64,000 nt of DNA from Candidatus Eiseniibacteriota bacterium. Its GTDB lineage: Bacteria; Eisenbacteria; RBG-16-71-46; CAZAMP01. Numbering within the stretch: the first letter of the stretch is position 1; each line of letters starts with the position of its first letter. Where the stretch lies: NCBI GenBank assembly GCA_965224245.1, contig OZ245046.1, positions 2,688,001 to 2,752,000 of the forward strand. The letters are read 5' to 3'. Both the position numbers and the translations under genes were made by a program. Below, piece by piece: positions 56,382 to 64,000 of this stretch. The notes beneath the pieces are model-generated. The model searched no databases. It worked only from the letters and a program-made list of their open reading frames with translations, and was not told the DNA's origin.

Positions 56382-59300
56382 GTCGTCACCTCCGGAACGG
56401 GTCGTCCCTCGCCGTCGACGTCGGCGCCGGCCCTGGATGGCCAGAGTCGCTCGGCCAGACCGTCCACGATCGCGTAGATCCACGGCACGACGACCAGCGT
56501 GAGCACCGTCGACGTCAGGAGTCCGGAGATGACCGCGATCGCCATCGGGGTCCGGATCTCGGCGCCGTCACCGATCCCGATCGCCATGGGCAGGAGCCCG
56601 AGGACGGTGGTGGCCGTCGTCATGAGGATCGGACGCAGCCGGACGCGGCCGGCGGCGAGGATCGCCTCCTCGCGCGAGAGCCCGCGCCGGCGGAGCTGGT
56701 TGACGTAGTCCACGAGCACGATCGCGTTGTTCACGACGATGCCCGCCAGCATGATCATCCCGAGAAACGCCACCACCGACAGCGGAATCCCGAACAGCCA
56801 CAGGCCGGCGAACGTCCCCACGAACGCCATGGGGATCGCGAGCATGATCACGAGCGGATGCAGCAGCGACTCGAACTGCACGGCCATGATCACGTAGACC
56901 AGGAACACCGACAGACCGAGCGCGAGGACGAGGCTGCCGCGACTGCGCTCCCACTCCTCGTTCTGGCCCGAGATGTAGTAGGTCAGCTCGGGCGGCCATT
57001 CGATCGCCCGCCCGAGCATGCGCTCGATCGCCGCCACCGCCGAGCCCAGCGACGCGTCGCCGATGTTCGCGCGGATCAAGGCCACGCGCTGACCGTCCAC
57101 GCGCCGTACCTCGCTCGGACCCTCGCCCACACGAACGTCGGCCACCTGCGAGAGCCGGACCGGCCGATCGGCGCCCGGGTTGACAACGAGCGCCTGGATG
57201 TCGTCGACGGTCTCGCGGAAGCTCCGATCGAGCTGCACCATGATCGGGATCCGTCGATCGAACCGGTTGAGGCGGGTGGCCTCGGCTCCCTGCACCCCGT
57301 CGCGAACCTGACGCGCGACCGCGGAGACGTTGAGGTCGTAGGCCATCAGTCGTTCGCGGTCGTAGACGACCTGAATCTCGGGAGCACCGGGCTGGAGCGT
57401 GGACTGAACGTCGGCCAGCTCGGGAAGCCCGGCCAGCGCCGCCTCGACCCGCTCGGCCTGATCGCGGAGCGCGCCGAGGTCGTCACCGTGAACCTCGACC
57501 TCGATGGGCGTCCGCGACGAGAACAGCACGGGACGAGAGACGTTCAGCTCCAGATCGGGTACGCGCGCGAAGACGTCGCGCATGCGATCGATCACGTGGT
57601 CCTCGATCGCGCCCGCGTCACGGGCATCGCCGCGCCCCGAGAGCCGACCCACCGCGCGCGAGAGCCACGAGCCGCCGTCCGTCACGCCACCGCCCACGAG
57701 GACGCGGAACCGGGCCGTGTGCTCCCCCTCGTCGGACCGATCCGACTGCGCCGGATCGTACCCCAGCGTCAGGAGCAGCGTGCGCACGTTCGCGCCGACG
57801 TCGAGCAGCGCGTCCTCGGCCCGCGACAGCACCTCGTCGGTGGTCTCCAGCGGCGTTCCCACCGGCAGCGAGACCTCGAGCGTGAACTCGCCCTGTCTCA
57901 CCTCGGGCAGAAGCTCGCTGTCCAGACTCCTGACCATCAGAACGCTGACGGTCACGATCGCGGCGGTGATCACGAGCACGATCGCACCGCTGCGGAGGAC
58001 CCAGCCGAGGAGCACCGGATACCCGCGCGTGACGGCCCCGAGGAGCCGGTCGGTGATCCACAGCGGGCCGGCGACCAGGAACCGGAACAGGAAGCGGACG
58101 ACCGGCGAGACCCCGCGGACGAGAAGCCAGCCGAGCCCGACGGCGATCATCGTCACCAGGAGTCCCAGAAGCTCGAGCACCTGCTCGACGACGAAGCGGA
58201 CGAGCCAGAACGCGGGCGTCAACACGAGGAGCTTCGTGCGGCGCCGCGAGCGGACCCACTCGGAACGGAGAGCGCGCCAGGCGCGGAGGCGAAAGAGCGC
58301 ACGCCGCTCCGGCAGGCCGCCGCCGGGCGCCCCGCGGCTTGCGAGCATCGGGATGAAGTACAGCGCCACCGACGCCGACGCCAGAAGCGACACCACGACC
58401 GCTATCCCCAGATCCCCGAACGCCTGACCGGCGACCCCCTCCACGAAGACCATCGGGAAGAACACCGCGATCGACGTGAGCGTCGACGCCCAGACCGCGC
58501 CCCGGACCTCGTTCACGCCGCGCACGGCCGCGCCCACGAGGCCGTCCCCCTCCTCGCGGCACCGGTGGATGGACTCCAGCACCACGATGGAGGAATCCAC
58601 GAGCATGCCAATGCCGAGCGCGAGCCCACCCAGCGACATGATGTTCAGCGAGACACCGGCCAGATTCAGCGGCGCGAACGTCACCAGGAGCGAGATCGGA
58701 ATGCTCACCGCGACGATGGTGGTCGCCCGGACGTCCCGGAGAAACAGGAACAGCATCAGGACGGCCAGGAGCCCTCCGATGATGGCGGTGGATCGCACCT
58801 CGCGGATGCTGCTCTCGATGAACACAGACCGATCGGCGGTCAGCTCCAGGCGAACGCCCTCGTCCTCGTACAGCTGCTGGGCGAGGCCGCGATCGCCGCG
58901 AAGACCGCCGGCCGGGGCCGACATCGCGCCATTGCTCGCCTCGGCATCGCTCGCCTCGGCGCCGCGCTCCTCGGCGCCGGCCGGGATCGTGAGCGTTCCC
59001 AGGGCCTCCTCCACGCGGTCGGCCAGGGCCACGATGTTCGCGTCACCCTCCTTGAAGATCTCGATCTGCACGCTCTCCGCGCCGTCGGTGCGCGTGATGA
59101 TCTGGCGCTCCTTGTGGCCCCACTCGACCCGTCCGAGATCGCGGACGCGCACCGGTCGGTCGCCCATGCGACGAACGATCGTGTCCTCGATCTGGCGGTG
59201 ATCCTCGAACTCGTTGAGCGTCCGGACCAGGTACTCGGTGCGGCCCTCCTGGATCATCCCGCCCGCGACGTTGACGTTCTCCTGCCGGAGCCGGGTCAAC

Positions 59301-59983
59301 ACCTCGCCGATCGAGATGCCGGTTCGTCGCATCTCGCCCTCGTCGAGGAGCACGTGGATCTCCTCTTCCAGGCCACCCATCACACGCACCGCGGCCACTC
59401 CCGAGATCGGCTCCAGGGCGCGCTTGACCTGCCGGTCGGCGATCCGGCGCAGGCGACGGAGCCCTTCCTCACCCTCGAACCGATCGTCGAGACCCGACAG
59501 GCTCAGTGCCAGCACCGGATCCAGCGAGGGGTCGAAGTGCAGGATCAGCGGCCGTGCCGCCTCCTCCGGCAGGAACACCAGGTCCAGGCGCTCCAGCACG
59601 TCCTGCGTGGCGTCGGAGATGTCAACGTCCCACGCGAACTCGAGGACGACGTCCGAGACCTCGGCGCGGCTGATGCTGCTGATGCGGCGGAGGCCGCCGA
59701 TGACGCCGAGAGCTTCCTCGATCGGGCGACTGATGTCGTTCTCGACCTCCTCGGGCGCGGCCCCCTCGTACTCGGTGCGAACGGTCAGCGTCGGGTAGGT
59801 CAGCTCGGGCATCAGGGCCACCGGGAGGCGGCCGTAGGAGAAGTACCCGAACACGACAGCGGCGATGAACAGCATCAGCACCGCGACGGGCCGGCCGGTG
59901 ACGAAGCTCCGAGCGGCGCGCGGCTCTGGGTCGGGGGCGCGCGGATCCCGCGGGTCGAACGACATCGGTGTGGCGTCGCTCAC
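56378..59983 (-). CDS. RND efflux permease (AcrB/MdtB-like), subunit 1
   Basis: GMLVDSSIVVLE, STLTSIAVFFP, GIVVNNAIVL, RLRPILMT. Confidence 0.93.
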   Translation of the reverse strand: MSDATPMSFDPRDPRAPDPEPRAARSFVTGRPVAVLMLFIAAVVFGYFSYGRLPVALMPELTYPTLTVRTEYEGAAPEEVENDISRPIEEALGVIGGLRRISSISRAEVSDVVLEFAWDVDISDATQDVLERLDLVFLPEEAARPLILHFDPSLDPVLALSLSGLDDRFEGEEGLRRLRRIADRQVKRALEPISGVAAVRVMGGLEEEIHVLLDEGEMRRTGISIGEVLTRLRQENVNVAGGMIQEGRTEYLVRTLNEFEDHRQIEDTIVRRMGDRPVRVRDLGRVEWGHKERQIITRTDGAESVQIEIFKEGDANIVALADRVEEALGTLTIPAGAEERGAEASDAEASNGAMSAPAGGLRGDRGLAQQLYEDEGVRLELTADRSVFIESSIREVRSTAIIGGLLAVLMLFLFLRDVRATTIVAVSIPISLLVTFAPLNLAGVSLNIMSLGGLALGIGMLVDSSIVVLESIHRCREEGDGLVGAAVRGVNEVRGAVWASTLTSIAVFFPMVFVEGVAGQAFGDLGIAVVVSLLASASVALYFIPMLASRGAPGGGLPERRALFRLRAWRALRSEWVRSRRRTKLLVLTPAFWLVRFVVEQVLELLGLLVTMIAVGLGWLLVRGVSPVVRFLFRFLVAGPLWITDRLLGAVTRGYPVLLGWVLRSGAIVLVITAAIVTVSVLMVRSLDSELLPEVRQGEFTLEVSLPVGTPLETTDEVLSRAEDALLDVGANVRTLLLTLGYDPAQSDRSDEGEHTARFRVLVGGGVTDGGSWLSRAVGRLSGRGDARDAGAIEDHVIDRMRDVFARVPDLELNVSRPVLFSSRTPIEVEVHGDDLGALRDQAERVEAALAGLPELADVQSTLQPGAPEIQVVYDRERLMAYDLNVSAVARQVRDGVQGAEATRLNRFDRRIPIMVQLDRSFRETVDDIQALVVNPGADRPVRLSQVADVRVGEGPSEVRRVDGQRVALIRANIGDASLGSAVAAIERMLGRAIEWPPELTYYISGQNEEWERSRGSLVLALGLSVFLVYVIMAVQFESLLHPLVIMLAIPMAFVGTFAGLWLFGIPLSVVAFLGMIMLAGIVVNNAIVLVDYVNQLRRRGLSREEAILAAGRVRLRPILMTTATTVLGLLPMAIGIGDGAEIRTPMAIAVISGLLTSTVLTLVVVPWIYAIVDGLAERLWPSRAGADVDGEGRPVPEVTT

Positions 59984-61155
59984 GGCGACGCGCTCTCGGC
60001 CGTGACGCCGGCAGTCGCATCCTCCCGGTCCCCACCGTCGGTCACCGGGGCATCGCCGGTCGTGGCGTCGGCCCCGGGGACCGCATCGAGATCCACGACC
60101 TCCACGCGCGCTCCCTCCTTCAGCCCCGCCTGTCCGGCGACCACGACTCGTTGCCCCGCCTCGAATCCGGCACGCGGCTCCACGTTGTCGGTGTCGGAGA
60201 GAACCGGCTCCACCCGGACGCGCTCGACGGTGTCCTCGCCGGTGAGGCGGTACACGAACGTCAGGTCGTTCTCGTAGACGAGGGCACGCTTGGGAACGAG
60301 GAGCGCCGCGTCGTTCACGGCGGTGACGATGCCCACGTCGACGAACATGCCGGGACGGAGCGCGCCCTGCGCGCCGACCGCCACCGTGATCTTGATCGTT
60401 CCACTGGATGGATCGACGATCGGCGAGATACGGAGCACCGACCCCCTCACCGGCGCGTCGGCGGCCACCCGGGCCCGGACGCGGGCATCGAGGCCTTGCC
60501 GCAGCTCCGGCAGGTGGCGCTCGGGCACGTAGACCCTGGCCACCAGGGATTCGAAGTCGATGATCTCGAACAGCTCCTGGCCCACCTGGACCTGGTCGCC
60601 CAGACGAACGAAGCGCTGGGTGATGGTGCCGCCGATCGGCGCCCGCACCTCGGTGTACGAGAGCGCACGCGCGGCGTCGTCCACGGCGAGCCTCTGCTGC
60701 TCGAACGCGTACCGCGCATCGGTGTAGGCACGATCGCTCGTCAGCCCGTCGGCGTGCAGGCGCTTCTGTCGCTGGTACTCGCTCTCGAGCTTGGCCAGCT
60801 GCGTCTCGGCCTGGGCCAGCGCGCTCTGCTGCTCGTCGTCCTGGAGCCGGAGGAGCAGATCGCCGGCGGCCACGTGATCGCCCTCCTCCACGAGCACGGC
60901 GGTCACGCGCCGCGCGGCCTCGGCGTGGACGCGCACCTGAGCCTCGGCCTCGAGGGTGGCCGACGCTCTCAGCACCTTCTCCAGTGGGCCGCGGGTGATC
61001 ACGGCGACCTCGACCGGCACCGCCTCCACGTCTTCGGCGGTGGTCGAGTCGGCGCCGGCGGCGTCGCCGTCGCTCTCGTCCGCGCCGTCTCCGCGCTCGC
61101 AGCCGACCCAGATGGCCAGCGCCAGGACTCCGAACAGAACGCGACGCGATGACAT
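59980..61155 (-). CDS. RND membrane-fusion lipoprotein
   Basis: WVGC lipobox, VEEGD.V.AGD, VRAPIGG, ISP.VD..SGT, LRPGMF. Confidence 0.9.
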   Translation of the reverse strand: MSSRRVLFGVLALAIWVGCERGDGADESDGDAAGADSTTAEDVEAVPVEVAVITRGPLEKVLRASATLEAEAQVRVHAEAARRVTAVLVEEGDHVAAGDLLLRLQDDEQQSALAQAETQLAKLESEYQRQKRLHADGLTSDRAYTDARYAFEQQRLAVDDAARALSYTEVRAPIGGTITQRFVRLGDQVQVGQELFEIIDFESLVARVYVPERHLPELRQGLDARVRARVAADAPVRGSVLRISPIVDPSSGTIKITVAVGAQGALRPGMFVDVGIVTAVNDAALLVPKRALVYENDLTFVYRLTGEDTVERVRVEPVLSDTDNVEPRAGFEAGQRVVVAGQAGLKEGARVEVVDLDAVPGADATTGDAPVTDGGDREDATAGVTAESASP

Positions 61156-61323
61156 GGCGGCCCTCTCCGCTCGTGTGGCGATCCCGGGTGTTCGTCCCTC
61201 GCCGTCTGCGCGATGACGCACACGCTTCGCACTTCGAACCCGGACAGGATACTCTCTTGGACGTCTCGGACCAACGACGCCGACCGTCGCTGGTCGACCC
61301 ATCGCCGTGACGGGGGACTGACG

Positions 61324-63156
61324 ATGAGACTCATTCCGCTCGACGACTTCTTTCGCAATCCCGAACGCGCGTCGATGCGCCTCTCGCCAGACGGCCGCCA
61401 TCTCGCGTATCTCGCACCGTGGAAGAGCCGCCTGAACGTTCACGTCCGTCCGTTCGAGGGCGGGGACGAGATCCGTCTGTCGTCGGTCACCGATCGCGAC
61501 GTGCCCGGATGCGTGTGGGCGAACGACCGATGCGTCGTGTACACGCGCGACACCGGCGGAGACGAGAACTTCCACGCATACGCCGTGGACGTCAACGAGC
61601 GTGTCGAGCGCCATCTGACGCCGTTCGACGGGGTCAAGGTCTCGATCGTCGACATCCTCGAGGACGACGAGGATCACGTGCTGATCTCGATGAACCGGCG
61701 CGATCCTCAGCACTTCGACGTGTACCGTCTTCACGTCACCACCGGCGAGCTCACACGGGTGGCCGAGAACCCGGGCGGGGTCGTGGACTGGCTGACCGAC
61801 AATGCCGGTCGTGTCCGCGTTGCGATCCAGACGGACGGCGTCTCCACGGCACTGCTGTACCGGTCCGACGAGACCGGTGACTTTCGCGAGATCGTTCGCA
61901 CCGACTTCAAGGACAGCATCACCCCGCTCGCGTTCACGTTCGACGATCGAGCCCTGGTGGTGTCGTCGAACCTCGGCCGCGACCGGAGGACCATCAGCCT
62001 GTTCGATCCGGAGACGGCGACGCCGGGAGAGCTCATCTTCGAGCACGACGAGGTGGACGTCGAGAACATCCTGCGATCGAAGAGGCGGAAGCGGCTGCTG
62101 GGCGTGTGGTTCGTCACCGATCGGCTGCATTACCACTTCTTCGACGACGAACGCGCCGCCCTCCATCGGCGCATCGCGAGCGCGCTGCCCGGCGACGACG
62201 TGCACGTGGTGAGCAAGTCCCGGGACGAGACACGATACGTGCTCCGGTCGGCCGGCGATCGGTCCCTGGGTACGTATTACACGCTCGACGATCGGGACGG
62301 CACGGGAAGCGCGACGCCGGTGAAGCTCGTGGACGTCGCGCCCTGGCTCCGGCGCGACGAGCTGTGCGAGATGACACCGGTCGCGTACGACGCCCGGGAC
62401 GGGCGCCGCATTCACGGCTACCTGACGCTGCCGCGAGACGTCGCGCGCCCCGTGCCCGTGGTCGTGAACCCGCACGGCGGTCCCTGGGCCCGCGACGTCT
62501 GGGGCTTCTCGGCCGACGTGCAGTTCCTGGCCAACCGGGGCTACGCGGTCCTGCAGGTCAACTTCCGGGGCTCGATCGGCTACGGTCGCGACTTCTGGGA
62601 GGCCGGATTCCGGCAGTGGGGGCGCGCGATGCAGGACGACGTGACCGACGGCGTGCGGTGGCTCGTCGACGAGGGAGTCGCCGACCCGACTCGCATCGGG
62701 ATATACGGCGCCTCGTACGGTGGTTACGTCGTCCTGGCCGGCCTCGCGTTCACGCCGGAGCTCTACGCGTGCGGTGTGGACTACGTGGGCGTCTCGAACC
62801 TCTTCACGTTGCTCGCCACGCTGCCCCCGTACTGGGAGCCGCTTCGGGACATGATGTACGAGATGATCGGCCACCCCGAGAAGGACAGCGAGCTCCTGCG
62901 GGCGGTGTCACCGGTGTTCCACGCCGACGCGATCCGATCGCCGCTCCTGGTTGCACAGGGCGCCAACGATCCGCGCGTCAAGCAATCGGAGTCGGATCAG
63001 ATCGTGGCCGCGCTCCGGGCCCGGAACGTCGACGTGACGTACATCGTCAAGGACGACGAGGGGCACGGCTTCCAGAACGAGGAGAACCGGTTCGAGCTGT
63101 ACCGCGAGATCGAGCGCTTCCTCGGCGAGCATCTGGGCGGGCGCGTCACCGACTGA
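61324..63156 (+). CDS. S9 family (prolyl oligopeptidase/acylaminoacyl peptidase-like) serine peptidase
   Basis: NPHGGPW, NFRGS.GYG, GASYGGY nucleophile, QGANDPRV, DEGHGF. Confidence 0.94.
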   Translation: MRLIPLDDFFRNPERASMRLSPDGRHLAYLAPWKSRLNVHVRPFEGGDEIRLSSVTDRDVPGCVWANDRCVVYTRDTGGDENFHAYAVDVNERVERHLTPFDGVKVSIVDILEDDEDHVLISMNRRDPQHFDVYRLHVTTGELTRVAENPGGVVDWLTDNAGRVRVAIQTDGVSTALLYRSDETGDFREIVRTDFKDSITPLAFTFDDRALVVSSNLGRDRRTISLFDPETATPGELIFEHDEVDVENILRSKRRKRLLGVWFVTDRLHYHFFDDERAALHRRIASALPGDDVHVVSKSRDETRYVLRSAGDRSLGTYYTLDDRDGTGSATPVKLVDVAPWLRRDELCEMTPVAYDARDGRRIHGYLTLPRDVARPVPVVVNPHGGPWARDVWGFSADVQFLANRGYAVLQVNFRGSIGYGRDFWEAGFRQWGRAMQDDVTDGVRWLVDEGVADPTRIGIYGASYGGYVVLAGLAFTPELYACGVDYVGVSNLFTLLATLPPYWEPLRDMMYEMIGHPEKDSELLRAVSPVFHADAIRSPLLVAQGANDPRVKQSESDQIVAALRARNVDVTYIVKDDEGHGFQNEENRFELYREIERFLGEHLGGRVTD

Positions 63157-63193
63157 CACCGAGCACGCCGGACCGAGGTCGCGGCGTGCCGGG

Positions 63194-64000
63194 TCAGCGA
63201 ATCACGTCCAGGCGCGTGACCTGGTGTCCGTCCTCGCCGTCCACGCGCAGGAAGTACGGCCCGTTGGCCACGCGATGACCGCGCGCGTCGCGCCCGTCCC
63301 ACCGGAGGGCGTGCGGTCCCCCGTCACCACCGGACACCGATGCGACGTCGAGCACGCGCACCCGCCGACCGCGGACGTCGGTCACGATCGCCCGCGTGAT
63401 CGAGACGCCGGGCGCGATCGGAACCACGACGCTGCCCGAGAGCGGGTTCGGGAACGGCGCGCCCACGATCACCGGCTCACCGCCGGAGGGGACGGACACG
63501 ATCTCCGCCCCTGCGTACAGGTAGACGGCGCCCGCGTTGGTGATCTCGGCGTCGACGTCGCGACCGGGCGCCCCGAGCACGAGATCGAAGCTCGAGTCGA
63601 GGGTCAGGTCGCGAACCGATCCCACCGCGGTCCCCAGCTCGTCGCCGGCGTCGGATCCGATGTACTGCCGCGTGGCCACGGACGTGAGCGTGCCGCTGGG
63701 CGGGAGCGCACCGTTCTGGCCGAGCACGAGATACGCCGAACCCGCGCCGCTGCGTCCCGCCGGATCATCCCCCGGGGCTCCGACCAGCAGGTCGGCGATC
63801 GTGTCGCCGTCGAAGTCGCCGGCGTACCCGACCGCGAAGCCCGCGAAGTCACCGGCGCTGTCACCGGTGAGAATGCTCGCCGCATCGGTGAGCGCGTCGA
63901 GCACGACCGGCATCGTGACCTCGCCTCCGCCGAACACGTAGACGCGACCGGCATAGCCGCCGTCCTCGTCGTTGTACGGCGCACCGACCACGATGTCGCC
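63194..64000 (-). CDS. FG-GAP/integrin-alpha repeat protein with FlgD-Ig C-terminal domain, 5' truncated by window edge
   Basis: GDFDGD...DLLVGAP, GAVYLY repeats; FPNP...DVRGRRVR...WDGRD..G..V.NG.YF. Confidence 0.88.
   Translation of the reverse strand, partial: GDIVVGAPYNDEDGGYAGRVYVFGGGEVTMPVVLDALTDAASILTGDSAGDFAGFAVGYAGDFDGDTIADLLVGAPGDDPAGRSGAGSAYLVLGQNGALPPSGTLTSVATRQYIGSDAGDELGTAVGSVRDLTLDSSFDLVLGAPGRDVDAEITNAGAVYLYAGAEIVSVPSGGEPVIVGAPFPNPLSGSVVVPIAPGVSITRAIVTDVRGRRVRVLDVASVSGGDGGPHALRWDGRDARGHRVANGPYFLRVDGEDGHQVTRLDVIR

Noticed and set aside
61156-62874. N-terminal extension of the 964-aa minus-strand ORF
   Set aside because: Antisense to the S9 peptidase; the membrane-fusion protein starts at 61155 with a lipoprotein signal

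Overview
High-GC (roughly 70%) bacterial DNA, densely coding, with no rRNA, tRNA, CRISPR array or transposase recognised. The many secreted proteins ending in FlgD-Ig/T9SS-like domains or a 'TPVxxxSWGxVKxxY' tail suggest an FCB-related candidate lineage such as Eisenbacteria, Krumholzibacteriota or Latescibacterota (inference only). In order: the end of an Opp/Dpp ABC operon; a divergent cluster of three paralogous ATP-grasp ligases, glycogen synthase, a peptidase E (S51)-like protein, a CBM48/E-set esterase and a catalytically degenerate beta-lactamase-fold protein; an M23 peptidase; an SLC13/TrkA-C transporter; a 4Fe-4S/TPR membrane protein; an Omp28/thioredoxin-like gene split by an in-frame UGA in a UxxC motif with a SECIS-like hairpin (predicted selenoprotein); YchJ; an MBL-fold hydrolase; a DUF3798 ABC transporter interrupted by an antisense pseudogene; a beta-helix protein; an FAD oxidoreductase with a duplicated membrane domain; YjbQ; a TPR-wHTH protein; a beta-barrel; a BNR/VPS10 protein; NagD; a zinc-ribbon protein; a TonB receptor/lipoprotein pair; a MacAB-TolC-like operon lacking its ATPase; an M28 peptidase; a sigma54-preceded secreted protein; a TMTC-like GT-C/TPR protein; an SPFH/RHH pair; a two-permease RND system; an S9 peptidase; and a partial FG-GAP protein. 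Best leads: the hidden exported selenoprotein, the ATP-grasp/glycogen cluster, and the recurrent C-terminal SWGxxK tail.
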